DNA of 64,000 bases from Vicinamibacteria bacterium (GTDB taxonomy: Bacteria; Acidobacteriota; Vicinamibacteria; Fen-336; JAGNNV01). The notes under the pieces are model-generated. The model made no database searches. It worked only from the letters and a program-made list of their open reading frames with translations, and was not told where the DNA came from. The stretch covers positions 5,425 to 69,424 of the forward strand of contig JANODX010000034.1 of NCBI GenBank assembly GCA_031412915.1, read 5' to 3'. Of this stretch, positions 37,186 to 46,928 are shown one piece after another. The position numbers and the translations under genes were made by a program. Each line of letters starts with the position of its first letter. Positions within the stretch are counted from its first letter, which is position 1.

Positions 37186-37814
37186 TCATCGAAACCTTCC
37201 CGGTCGGACCTCTTCAGTGCAACTGCACGATCCTCGGCGATCCCGAAACCGGCGAGGCCATCGTGATCGACCCCGGCGACGAGGCTCCCAAGGTCCTTCG
37301 GCATCTGGCCGCCCAGGGCCTCACCGCCAAGGCCATCCTGATCACCCATACTCATCTCGACCATGTGGGGGGCAATCACGAAGTGCGGGAGAAGACGGGC
37401 GCGCGGGTGATGCTGCACGAGATGGACCTGCCCCTCTACGACAACCTCGGCATGCAGGCTCGGTTCATCGGCATAGACACCCCTCTTCGCGCCAAGGTGG
37501 ATGAGTACATCCATGAAGGCGACGTGATTCCCTTCGGCGGGCAGGGCGACTCCATCCAGGTGTTTCACACGCCCGGCCACACCCCGGGGTCGTGTTCGTT
37601 CTTCCTGGGGAGTCAGAATCTTCTTCTTTCCGGGGACACTCTCTTCGCGGGCAGCGTCGGACGCACAGACCTGTGGGGCGGTGATTTCGACACCGAAGTC
37701 CGCTCCATCCGCAGCAAGTTGCTTCCCCTGCCCGACGCCACTCGGGTGATCACCGGCCATGGGCCCGACACGACCATCGTCGAGGAGCGCCGGTCGAACC
37801 CCTTCCTTACTTGA
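37182..37814 (+). CDS. MBL-fold metallo-hydrolase (hydroxyacylglutathione hydrolase-like)
   Basis: TTG start overlaps the NhaC stop (TTGA). THTHLDHVGG and TPGHTPGS are present. Confidence 0.85.
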   Translation: MIIETFPVGPLQCNCTILGDPETGEAIVIDPGDEAPKVLRHLAAQGLTAKAILITHTHLDHVGGNHEVREKTGARVMLHEMDLPLYDNLGMQARFIGIDTPLRAKVDEYIHEGDVIPFGGQGDSIQVFHTPGHTPGSCSFFLGSQNLLLSGDTLFAGSVGRTDLWGGDFDTEVRSIRSKLLPLPDATRVITGHGPDTTIVEERRSNPFLT

Positions 37815-38604
37815 GGCCGGCGTTGGGATTTGGGGGGACGAAGCCCGCCTTCGCGATTTCTTCGACCACGATTCTCTGGGTCAGGAAGAAGACATCGCAG
37901 TAATCGGCGGGAGTGCTGCAGGGCCTGATCGCGGCGACCGGGCCGGCCGCGTTGTGGTCGACCGTCTCGATGATCGGGGCCGGCGATTTCAAGACCTTCG
38001 GCTCTTGAGCCAACCGATTCTTCACCGCGTCGTAGAAAGCGCAGGGATCGCAGGCCCAGGGGAGTTGAGCGCGCGCGTCGATGCGGCGGTGCGGACCGCC
38101 GGAGAGATTGTGGATATTGTCGTTGAGCGCTCGGGCGTTGCCCACGATGACCTTCGTGCCGTCGGGCGCCAGAAGGGACGTGCCAAACAGACCGATCTGT
38201 TCCACCTCGCCGAGGACACCCCCGATCTGCACGGTGTCGCCCTTCTTGAACGGTCGCAGGGACACCATGAAGACGCCCGCGGCGATATTCGAGAGCAGGC
38301 CCGACCAGGCGACGCCCACCGCAACCCCCGCGGCGGCGAGAAGACCGGCGAGCGAGTTCGTCTGGACCCCCAGCACGCCCAATGCCGCGAGCACGAGAAC
38401 AATGGTCAGCACCACGCTGAGGGTCTGGTCGATGTACTTCGAAAGCGTGGGGTCGAGTTGGCGATGCTCGAGGCCTCGGCGAACGAAGCCGCGAACGCCC
38501 CTGATCACCCAGCGACCGATGAGGTACAAGGCGATCGCGGCCAACACCTGGAGCACGAAATCGACGCCCCGGGTCACGAGAAAGTTCCTGGCGGTTTCCA
38601 TCAT
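37807..38604 (-). CDS. Small-conductance mechanosensitive channel (MscS family)
   Basis: Start moved to ATG 38604. The TM3-beta domain signature is GLLSNIAAGVFMVSLRPFKKGDTVQIGGVLGEVEQIGLF. The 3' end overlaps the MBL gene 3' end by 8 nt. Confidence 0.85.
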   Translation of the reverse strand: MMETARNFLVTRGVDFVLQVLAAIALYLIGRWVIRGVRGFVRRGLEHRQLDPTLSKYIDQTLSVVLTIVLVLAALGVLGVQTNSLAGLLAAAGVAVGVAWSGLLSNIAAGVFMVSLRPFKKGDTVQIGGVLGEVEQIGLFGTSLLAPDGTKVIVGNARALNDNIHNLSGGPHRRIDARAQLPWACDPCAFYDAVKNRLAQEPKVLKSPAPIIETVDHNAAGPVAAIRPCSTPADYCDVFFLTQRIVVEEIAKAGFVPPNPNAGLK

Positions 38605-38680
38605 GCGGCGATCATCCGACAACCGGGTGGCGAAACGAAGCGAGGTCACGTAATAGGGTGACCTCTGGCCGAAAGACCTC

Positions 38681-40264
38681 ATGACCCCGCACGAGAACCC
38701 GACCCCGGAAAAGGCGAAGCGAGCGCAGCACGCGCATTTGATTCTGGCGGTGCTGTTCGCCGTTTCGATTCTGAATTTCGTCGACCGCCAGATCCTGAGC
38801 ATCCTGGCGGGCCGGATCAAAGCCGACCTCCTGATCACCGATGCTGAGCTCGGCTTCCTGTACGGGACGGTCTTCGGGGTTTTCTATGCCGCCTTCGGCG
38901 TGCCCCTGAGCGTCTATGCCGACCTCGGATCGAGGCGAAAGTTGATCGGCTGGGGTCTCGCCCTGTGGAGCCTCATGACCGCGTTATCCGGAATGGCGAC
39001 GGGTTTCACCAGCCTGGCCCTGGCCCGTGTCGGAGTGGGGGTGGGAGAAGCCACCGCCTCGCCGGCTGCTTACTCGCTCATCGCCGACCTCTTCCCTCGA
39101 GCGCGCCGGGCCACCGCTTTGTCCATCTATGCGCTCGGCATCTATGTCGGGATCGGCCTCAGCTCATTCCTTGGGGGCGCAGTGGTCGATGGGTGGAGTG
39201 CCGCGTTTCCCCCGGGCCAAGAGCCTCTTGGCCTGCGGGGATGGCAGGTGGCGTTCCTGATCGCGGGAGTTCCAGGACTGCTCCTCGTGCCCGTGGTGCT
39301 CTCGCTTCGCGAGCCGGAACGTGGAGGCTCGGACGGCGCAAAGTCCGCGGCGTCCGATCGCCCTGAGGTGGCCGGCTCTCGCCCGAGCGCGGTGAAAGCG
39401 GCCGTGCTTGAAGGCCTCGCCCTCTTACCCCCTTCCTCGTTCTTCTTTCTCCTTCAGGACCGCGTTCCCATGGCCGCCAATGTCGCGACCTTCGCGGTTC
39501 TGGCCACGGGCGGCGCCGTCCTCTGGCTCGCCTTTGGCGACCCGGCGCAGTGGGGGTGTGTCTCGTTGGGTCTCTATGTGGTCGCGACCATGGCCCAGCG
39601 CCTCAAGGCCCGGGAGCCGGATGCCTTCGCCCTGATCTTCATGACTCCGTCCCTTCGCCTCGCCACCCTTGGCTTCTCGTTCCTTTCGTTCACCGGTTAC
39701 GTGATCAGTTTCTGGACCGCCCAGTTCTTCATTCGCTACCACGGCTTCTCGGTCTCCGAAATCGGCGATCGCCTGGGCGTGATCTCCGCCTTAGGGGGCG
39801 GCCTCGGGGTCACCCTGGGGGGCGCGCTCGCGGATCGGTTTCGGATCAAAACCCCTGCAGGTCGGTTGATCGTGGGCATGATGAACGCCCTCCTCCCCAT
39901 TCCCCTTCTGCTCCTCGCCCTCAGCACCCGCGATCGAAACGCGGCCCTGGCCTTCTTCGCAGCCGCCCAGGTGTTCGCGGCCATGTGGCTGGGGGCCGGC
40001 AGTTCCACCGTGCAGGATCTCGTTCTGCCTCACATGCGGGCGCGGGCCTCGGCAGTCTTTCTGCTTTTCGTCACTCTGCTCGGTCTGGCTCTCGGACCTT
40101 ACGTGGTCGGCAGGCTGAGTGACTTGTGGGGAGATCTGCGCCTCGCCTTCATGGCCGCCACCTCCGCCAACCTCGTCGCCTTCGTGTTCTTTGTCATGGC
40201 CGCCCGAAGCATCGCCCGAGACGAGGAAACCAGAATGGCCCGGGCGGCGGCGGCCCGGGCATAA
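38681..40264 (+). CDS. MFS transporter (spinster-like)
   Basis: About 12-14 TM segments. LNFVDRQILSIL and GxxADxxxRR-like motifs. Confidence 0.8.
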   Translation: MTPHENPTPEKAKRAQHAHLILAVLFAVSILNFVDRQILSILAGRIKADLLITDAELGFLYGTVFGVFYAAFGVPLSVYADLGSRRKLIGWGLALWSLMTALSGMATGFTSLALARVGVGVGEATASPAAYSLIADLFPRARRATALSIYALGIYVGIGLSSFLGGAVVDGWSAAFPPGQEPLGLRGWQVAFLIAGVPGLLLVPVVLSLREPERGGSDGAKSAASDRPEVAGSRPSAVKAAVLEGLALLPPSSFFFLLQDRVPMAANVATFAVLATGGAVLWLAFGDPAQWGCVSLGLYVVATMAQRLKAREPDAFALIFMTPSLRLATLGFSFLSFTGYVISFWTAQFFIRYHGFSVSEIGDRLGVISALGGGLGVTLGGALADRFRIKTPAGRLIVGMMNALLPIPLLLLALSTRDRNAALAFFAAAQVFAAMWLGAGSSTVQDLVLPHMRARASAVFLLFVTLLGLALGPYVVGRLSDLWGDLRLAFMAATSANLVAFVFFVMAARSIARDEETRMARAAAARA

Positions 40265-40308
40265 GCTCACGGGTCAAGCTTCGTCCCTCCCTTCCCAAAG
40301 GAAAACGC

Positions 40309-41094
40309 ATGAGACCCACCGCCACCGCCACCATCTCCTTCGGAATGGTCTCCATTCCCGTCAAGCTCTTCTCCGCCACCGAGAGCAAGGCCTCCATCTC
40401 CTTCAACATGCTCCACGAGAAGTGCAAGGGGCGCGTGAAGCAGCAGTACATCTGCGAGCGGGACCAGAACATGGTGGTTCCGAGAACAGAGATGGTGAAG
40501 GGCTACGAGTTCGCCAAGGAACAGTACGTGGTGTTCACTCCCGACGAGATAAAGAAGATGGAGGAGGAGAAAACCGGGCTCGTCGACATCGTGGAGTTCC
40601 TCGACATCAAGGAGGTCGACCCGATCTACTACGAGAACGCCTCCTACCTGGCCCCGGACAAGGGCGCCGAGAAAGCCTACCGCCTGCTCTGCGACGCGAT
40701 GAAGAAGACGGGCCGGGTCGCGGTCGCGAAATGGGCGGCCCGGGGCAAGCAATACCTCGTCCTCCTGCGCCCTCTCAAGAACGTGGTGATCCTGCAGCAG
40801 TTGCGCTACCCCGATGAGGTCCGGCCGCTCGACGAGGTGCCGGTCGGGACCGCCGAGTCCAAGGAGAACGAGTTGAAGCTGGCGGTTCAGTTGATCGACC
40901 AGATCACGTCCGCCGCCTTCGATCCGGCACAGTACGAGGACGAAGTCAGGAAACGGATGCAGGCCGCCATAGATCGCAAGATTCAGGGCCAGGAGATTTC
41001 GAGCGCCCCCGAGCAGCCGCGCGTCCAGATCATCGACATCATGGAGGCCCTGAAGGCATCTCTTTCCGCGAAGAAAGAGGCGGCCAAGGCCTGA
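40309..41094 (+). CDS. ku: Ku protein (non-homologous end joining)
   Basis: Start moved to ATG 40309. ISFGMVSIPVKLFSATE...KGYEF.KEQYVVFT...YYLAPDKG...LLRP is the bacterial Ku core. Confidence 0.9.
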   Translation: MRPTATATISFGMVSIPVKLFSATESKASISFNMLHEKCKGRVKQQYICERDQNMVVPRTEMVKGYEFAKEQYVVFTPDEIKKMEEEKTGLVDIVEFLDIKEVDPIYYENASYLAPDKGAEKAYRLLCDAMKKTGRVAVAKWAARGKQYLVLLRPLKNVVILQQLRYPDEVRPLDEVPVGTAESKENELKLAVQLIDQITSAAFDPAQYEDEVRKRMQAAIDRKIQGQEISSAPEQPRVQIIDIMEALKASLSAKKEAAKA

Positions 41095-41193
41095 TCGCCC
41101 TCAGGTCCGGCGGACCGCGGTTACGGTCCCTCCGACGGGCTCAGGGACCGGCTTGGCTCGACGCCTCGCGTCTCGTCCTACCTCCGGAAGACA

Positions 41194-41487
41194 TCACTGG
41201 GCGCTTCGCGCCTTCTCCGCGCATTCTTGAGAACAGAAGTATGCCGTCGAGCCCAAGTAGCGCCCCGCGATGGCCGATGACCGGGCGGTGTGAACACCGC
41301 AGACCGGGTCCCTGACGAGTTCTTCCACCTGCCCGGCGGTCTTTGGGCTCGATCGCCGCGCCGGACCGCCCGCTCCCGGTCGCCTGCCTTGAATCACCCC
41401 TCCGAAAAACGCGCGCAGCACGATGGCGGCGAGCCGAAAGACGAAGAGAAAGAGGATGGCGCGGATAATGAAGGCCAGGAGGGCCAT
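41194..41487 (-). CDS. Small membrane-anchored TRASH/YHS-type zinc-ribbon protein
   Basis: N-terminal TM segment (LLAFIIRAILFLFVFRLAAIVL) followed by DPVCGVH...YFCSQEC. Confidence 0.6.
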   Translation of the reverse strand: MALLAFIIRAILFLFVFRLAAIVLRAFFGGVIQGRRPGAGGPARRSSPKTAGQVEELVRDPVCGVHTARSSAIAGRYLGSTAYFCSQECAEKARSAQ

Positions 41488-41509
41488 GGTGTCCCTGGTG
41501 TCCTGCCGC

Positions 41510-42508
41510 CTAGAGCGCGAGCGTCGACCAGCGCAGGACAGCCGACCCCACCGTGAAACCGGCGCCCACCGAGGTCATGAGCAGATTGTCATCCGGGCGC
41601 AGGCGCTTCTCCTCGAGGGCGGTATAGATGCCCAGGGGGATGGTGGCGGCGGTGGTGTTGCCGTAGGTCGCGATGTTCTTGACCACCTTCGCATCCGGCA
41701 AACCCAGTCTCGCTTGAGCGGCGTCGATGATCCGGATGTTGGCCTGGTGGGGAATGAACAGGTCGATGTCTTCGTTACGCAGTCCCGCCTTCAGGACGGC
41801 CGCCAGGGACGCCTCGGCCATCTTCCTCACCGCATACTTGAAGACCGGCTGCCCATCCTGTTTCACGAAGTGCATTCTCTGGTCGACGGTCTCATGAGAA
41901 GACGGATGCAGGCTGCCGCCTCCAGGTAGCTTCAGGTACGCGCCCCCCGAGCCATCCACCTCGTGGGTGAAGGCGAGGAGGCCGCGGTCATCGTCGGAAG
42001 GCTCGAGCAGGATGGCGCCCGCTCCATCCCCAAAAAGAACGCAGGTGCTTCGATCCTCGAAATCGAGAATCGAGGACATGACGTCGGCCCCGATGACCAA
42101 CACCCGGCGGTGGGCGCCGCTTTCGATGAATTGCGCTCCCACGGTCAGGGCATAGACGAAGCCGGAGCACGCGGCGGAGAGGTCGAAGCCCCAGGCCCGG
42201 GAGGCCCCGAGTCTCGTCTGAACCAGGCAGGCGGTGGCGGGAAACGCCATGTCCGGGGTGACCGTGGCCACGATGATGAGATCGAGGTCGTCGGGGCCGA
42301 GGCCCCGACGTTCGAGGCACTCCCGGGCGGCCGCGGTCGCGAGTTCGGAGGTCCCGACGCCTTTGTCGACGTGGTGGCGGGTGGTGATTCCGGTTCGCGA
42401 GCGGATCCATTCGTCGTTCGTGGTCACGAACTGTTCGAAGTACTTGTTGTCGAGGACCCGAGGAGGGAGGAAACGTCCGATCGAGGTGATGGCGGCGCGA
42501 CGGGTCAT
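41510..42508 (-). CDS. fabH: Beta-ketoacyl-ACP synthase III
   Basis: NDEWIRSRTGI, active-site AACSGF, HQANIRII and GNTTAATIP. Confidence 0.9.
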   Translation of the reverse strand: MTRRAAITSIGRFLPPRVLDNKYFEQFVTTNDEWIRSRTGITTRHHVDKGVGTSELATAAARECLERRGLGPDDLDLIIVATVTPDMAFPATACLVQTRLGASRAWGFDLSAACSGFVYALTVGAQFIESGAHRRVLVIGADVMSSILDFEDRSTCVLFGDGAGAILLEPSDDDRGLLAFTHEVDGSGGAYLKLPGGGSLHPSSHETVDQRMHFVKQDGQPVFKYAVRKMAEASLAAVLKAGLRNEDIDLFIPHQANIRIIDAAQARLGLPDAKVVKNIATYGNTTAATIPLGIYTALEEKRLRPDDNLLMTSVGAGFTVGSAVLRWSTLAL

Positions 42509-42577
42509 AAGGGGCAGTGGAGTATATCGACCGCTTCGTGCCGGGCTCTTCCTTCCCCTTGATAGATTGGGGTATTC

Positions 42578-43546
42578 GTGAACATCATCCTTCCTCCCGA
42601 GCGCCTCCAGGCCCTGCCGCGCGCCCCGCTCATGGGCGGGGTGACGCCCATAGACCGGCTGGAGCGGTTTGAGCGGGCGATCAAATCACCGTATCCGATC
42701 TTCATCAAGCGGGACGACGCGATTCCGTTTGGCCTGGGCGGGAACAAGGTGCGCAAGCTCGAACTGGTCATGGCCGACGCCCTTCGCGAGGGTGCCGACA
42801 CCGTCATCACCTGCGGAGCCGTTCAGTCGAACCACTGCCGGGCCACCGCCGCCGCGGCCGCCCGTTTGGGTCTTCAGTGCCATCTCGTCCTTTCCGGAAC
42901 GGCCCCCGAGACTCTCTCCGGAAATACCCGACTGGACGAGATCTTCGGAGCGAAGATCCATTTCGTGGCCGGTCGCGCGGATCGAACGCCGGCCATGGTG
43001 TCTCTCGAAGCGTCTTTGCGGGCCAACGGGTTGAACCCCAGGGTTATTCCTCTGGGCGCTTCCACGGCCACGGGCGCCACCGGTCTGGCTCTCGCCATCT
43101 TCGAGATGGTGAATCAGGGTCATCGGCCGGATGTGATCGTGCACGCTTCGTCCTCCGGCGGAACCCAGGCGGGGTTGCTCGCAGGACTGGTCCTCTCCGG
43201 TCTGAAGACACGGGTCATCGGCATCAGCGCCGACGAGAACGAGGCCTCTCTTCGGGCCACCGTCGAGACCCTTCAGAAGGAAGTACTCGATCTGGCCGGC
43301 TCGGACCTGCCCCACGCACAAGCGGACGTGTGGGATCGCTTCGTGGGCGAAGGCTACGGAATCCCGACGGAAGCCTCGCGCGAAGCCCAGACCCTGCTCG
43401 CCCACAGCGAGGCGATTCTGGTGGATCACACCTACACGGCCAAGGCCCTGGCCGGCCTCATCGCCCTGGTGCGCGAACGGTCGGCGACGAATGCCGCCTC
43501 GATTCTCTTCTGGCACACCGGCGGTCAGATCGGCGTCCTCGCCTAG
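42578..43546 (+). CDS. PLP-dependent ACC deaminase / D-cysteine desulfhydrase family protein
   Basis: GTG start. KRDD..PFGLGGNKVRKLE and GAVQSNHCRATAAAAA are present. Confidence 0.8.
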   Translation: MNIILPPERLQALPRAPLMGGVTPIDRLERFERAIKSPYPIFIKRDDAIPFGLGGNKVRKLELVMADALREGADTVITCGAVQSNHCRATAAAAARLGLQCHLVLSGTAPETLSGNTRLDEIFGAKIHFVAGRADRTPAMVSLEASLRANGLNPRVIPLGASTATGATGLALAIFEMVNQGHRPDVIVHASSSGGTQAGLLAGLVLSGLKTRVIGISADENEASLRATVETLQKEVLDLAGSDLPHAQADVWDRFVGEGYGIPTEASREAQTLLAHSEAILVDHTYTAKALAGLIALVRERSATNAASILFWHTGGQIGVLA

Positions 43547-44823
43547 TGACGGCTCGTTCCGCCGCTCCGTTCATTCTGCGCCTGGCCTTCCGGAACCTGG
43601 CCCGGCATCGCCGCCGCACCGGCCTCACCATTTTCGCCCTGGCCTTCGGCATCGCCCTCATGGTTCTGGGCCAGGCCTGGACGGACGCCATGGAACGGGC
43701 GGTGGTGGAGCCCGCCAAGAACGCCACCCTCGGACACGTTCAGGTCTACCGCGCCGATGCGGCCGCGGACGAAACCGGTGAGATCTCGTTCATCATGCCT
43801 CAGAACAACTACCGTTTGATTCAGAACCCCGAGAGCCTGATCGAGGAGGCGAAGCGCCTGGACCCGAGAATCGAGTCCGGCCTCGCCCGACTGATGGTGG
43901 GTGCGCTTCTCTCCTTCAAGGACGCCACCATGGATGGCGTGCTCATCGGAATCGACGCCTCGGCCCGAGCCGCGACCTATCCGGACCTTTCGGTGGTGGC
44001 GGGCCGGCACTTCGTGCCCGGGGAAAAAGGCGTGCTCATCAATCAGGGAGTGGCCCGAAAACTCGCGATCGGCCCGGGTGATGACCTGGTGGCTCTTGGA
44101 ACCACCTCCGATGGCCGCCTGAATGGGACCAAACTGAAAGTCACGGGCATCTTCACGATCAAGGGACTCGAGGCCTATGAATGGGGATCCTGCTACGCCG
44201 ATCTGGCCGCGGTGCAGGATATCCTCGATGTCCCCGGACAAGCGGGGGTGCTGGTGTTCAGGCTCGAGAACTCGGGGCGCGAGGCGGATGCGGTACGCGA
44301 CAAATTGAACGGGGCATTTCGGCGACAGGGAACCAGAGCCACCGCCTTCACCTGGGAGGACATGGGAGGACCCTTCATCGGCGGCATGCTGGTGACGAGA
44401 TTCATCGCCACCATCATGAACGTCGTGATGGGGATCATCGTCGCCGCCTCGGTCTTGAACACCGTTCTCATGGCTACCTTCGAGCGGACTCGGGAAATGG
44501 GCACGATGCGTGCAATGGGGGCTCGAAAAAAGGACGTCCTTTCCGTCTTTCTCTCGGAAGGATTCCTGCTCGGCCTCTTTGGAGCGACTCTGGGAGCGCT
44601 CATGGGAGGGGCTCTCATCGTGTTCTTTTCGCGTTATGGGATCCCCGCATTCAGCGAGGCCCAGAAGTACACGTATGGGGGCGACCGGCTCTTCCCCATG
44701 CTCAAGCTCGAAGACGTCCTTTTACCCCCCGTCATCATGCTTGCGGTCAGCGTGGTCGCGGCCCTCATCCCGTCTGTCTCCGCGGCGCGGACAAGGCCGG
44801 CGGAATCGCTGCGCTACGTGTGA
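43546..44823 (+). CDS. FtsX/MacB-LolE-type ABC transporter permease (no cognate ATPase adjacent)
   Basis: GTG at 43546 (TAGTG overlap). N-terminal FRNLARHRRRTGLTIFALAFGIALMV, a large periplasmic domain, and a C-terminal FtsX block (ERTREMGTMRAMGARKKDV). Confidence 0.8.
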   Translation: MTARSAAPFILRLAFRNLARHRRRTGLTIFALAFGIALMVLGQAWTDAMERAVVEPAKNATLGHVQVYRADAAADETGEISFIMPQNNYRLIQNPESLIEEAKRLDPRIESGLARLMVGALLSFKDATMDGVLIGIDASARAATYPDLSVVAGRHFVPGEKGVLINQGVARKLAIGPGDDLVALGTTSDGRLNGTKLKVTGIFTIKGLEAYEWGSCYADLAAVQDILDVPGQAGVLVFRLENSGREADAVRDKLNGAFRRQGTRATAFTWEDMGGPFIGGMLVTRFIATIMNVVMGIIVAASVLNTVLMATFERTREMGTMRAMGARKKDVLSVFLSEGFLLGLFGATLGALMGGALIVFFSRYGIPAFSEAQKYTYGGDRLFPMLKLEDVLLPPVIMLAVSVVAALIPSVSAARTRPAESLRYV

Positions 44824-45647
44824 GCGTGGCCACGAGCGACCTCGTCGTTTTCGGCCTGACCGGAGCCCTGACCGGCCTGGTGGGAGCTCTCCTCGGCTTG
44901 GGGGGCGGAGTGTTTCTCGTTCCCCTGCTCGCCCTGGGCTTCCATCTGGAGCCCCGGGTCGCGGTGGCCGCGAGCCTCGTGGCCGTGGTCGCCAGTTCGT
45001 CCGCCACCACCATGCTCAACATGAAGAGCGGGCTGGTCAACGTCCCCCTGGCCTTCACCCTGCTGCTCTCGACCTCGATCGGCGCTCACGGGGGCGGCAC
45101 CATCGCCCAGCACATCTCGACGCGAACCCTCTATTTCATCTTTGCCACCACCCTCTTCGTGGTCGCGGCGGTGATGACCTCAAGGTCCAGGACTCGAAAC
45201 GTTTTCGATGACGCCGGTTTGGACGTTGGTCGGCTGGGGGGACGCGTGGTGGAAGAGGGGAAGACGCTCAGTTACGTGATGAAACGACTGCCCCTGGCCA
45301 TGGGCGTGTCGCTGTTGGCGGGCGCCATTTCCGGTCTGCTCGGAGTCGGCGGCGGGGTGATTCAGGTGCCGGTTCTGAACTCCTTCTGCGGTATTCCCAT
45401 TAGGGTCGCGGCGGCCACCTCGGCTTTCATGATCGGCCCGACCGCGGCCATCTCCGCCTTTCTCTATCTGCGCCGCGGCGACATGGATCCGCTCATCACT
45501 GCGGCTATCGCCCTCGGTTCCCTTCCCGGAAGCGCCCTCGGGTCCTGGCTCTCACGAGCCATGCACGTGAGGTCCATCAAAGGCATTCTGGCCGGGTCTT
45601 TGATCCTGGTGGCACTGCGCCTTTCGGTGGCCGCATTCTGGATGTGA
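44820..45647 (+). CDS. TauE/SafE (TSUP) family anion exporter
   Basis: GTGA overlap with the permease stop. Contains duplicated 4-TM halves, each with an LLGxGGG motif. Confidence 0.8.
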   Translation: MSVATSDLVVFGLTGALTGLVGALLGLGGGVFLVPLLALGFHLEPRVAVAASLVAVVASSSATTMLNMKSGLVNVPLAFTLLLSTSIGAHGGGTIAQHISTRTLYFIFATTLFVVAAVMTSRSRTRNVFDDAGLDVGRLGGRVVEEGKTLSYVMKRLPLAMGVSLLAGAISGLLGVGGGVIQVPVLNSFCGIPIRVAAATSAFMIGPTAAISAFLYLRRGDMDPLITAAIALGSLPGSALGSWLSRAMHVRSIKGILAGSLILVALRLSVAAFWM

Positions 45648-45725
45648 TCCGGCTCACCTGCGCTCTTTCTTTGGCTCGGTCGGGCGTGCGCCTCTGATAG
45701 TGTCACTCCCCCTCACAGGGTATCC

Positions 45726-46793
45726 ATGACCAGCACGCACTCTCTTCCCAAGATACTGGCCCGGGTCTCCGACGGGCCAGAGCAAGCCTCACTGAAACAC
45801 AGTCGGGCGACCGATCCGCTTCTCGAGGCCGTCACCAAGGAGATGCCCCGGCCGCCCTTCCCCAGAATCTTCGGAACGTACCTGCTCGAGGAGATGCTCT
45901 CGCGCGGAGGCATGGCAGAGGTCTACCGGGCGCAACGCACGGGGCCGCAGGGTTTCCGAAAGACCGTCGTTCTCAAGAAGATCCTCCCGGGCCTCGCCCG
46001 CAACGAGGATTTTCGCCGGCTCTTCATCGAAGAGGCGAAGACGGTGGCACTCCTTGACCATCCCCACATTGTCCCGGTTCACGAACTGGGCGAGATCAAT
46101 GGGGATCTCTACATGACCCTGGAATACGTGAACGGCTTCGACCTCAGGACCCTGCTTCGAAAGGCCCGTGAAAAGGGCCTGAAACTGCCCCTGGACCTTG
46201 CCGTCTATGTGGCCGCGCGCGTCGCCAGTGCTCTCGACTTCGCCTTCACCCAGGAGGGCCCGGAGGGCCGGCCGCTGGAAATCGTCCACCGGGACGTGAG
46301 TCCTCCGAACATTCTCATTTCCTTCGCGGGCATGGTGAAGCTCACCGACTTCGGAATCTCGAAACCGTCGTCCTACGTGGAAGCCCGGAAGCATGCGCCC
46401 CAGGGGAAACTCCAGTACATGAGTCCGGAACAGGCGAACGGCGCGCCTCTGGATGCCCGGTCCGACATCTTCTCCCTGGGCGTCATCCTGTACGAGATGA
46501 TCGCCGGACGCCGCCCGTTCGCCGGCGATCCGGACTTTCCTTCCCTGGATGCCGTCCGAAGAGCCGACATCGTTCCCCTCAGATTCATCTCGTCGCGGGT
46601 CACCCCAAGACTCGAGAGGGTCGTGATGAACGCGGTGGCGAGTTCGCCCGATGACCGCTACGCCGATGCGGGAAAGATGGCGGCCGCCCTGGATCGAGTC
46701 CTGCACGAACGCCCGGCCGTCGGTTCTCCCCAGCTGGCCCAGTTCATGCGCCTCGTGTTCGACGCAAACTCGAGAGAGACGACGGCGCTTTAA
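45726..46793 (+). CDS. Serine/threonine protein kinase (Hanks type), kinase domain only
   Basis: GGMAEVYRA, VLKK, HRDVSPPNIL, DFGIS and SPEQ. Confidence 0.85.
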   Translation: MTSTHSLPKILARVSDGPEQASLKHSRATDPLLEAVTKEMPRPPFPRIFGTYLLEEMLSRGGMAEVYRAQRTGPQGFRKTVVLKKILPGLARNEDFRRLFIEEAKTVALLDHPHIVPVHELGEINGDLYMTLEYVNGFDLRTLLRKAREKGLKLPLDLAVYVAARVASALDFAFTQEGPEGRPLEIVHRDVSPPNILISFAGMVKLTDFGISKPSSYVEARKHAPQGKLQYMSPEQANGAPLDARSDIFSLGVILYEMIAGRRPFAGDPDFPSLDAVRRADIVPLRFISSRVTPRLERVVMNAVASSPDDRYADAGKMAAALDRVLHERPAVGSPQLAQFMRLVFDANSRETTAL

Positions 46794-46928
46794 ACCCCCT
46801 GGCTCCGCCCTCCCCCTTGTGGGGCGCGGTAAGCTCATGCGAGTGGCCGCGTCTGCGGCCTCCCGCCCCGGCCGGTACCGGTCGATCCGCGGTCTGGTCG
46901 TTCCCGAAAAAAGAGGGGGTTTTGCCTT

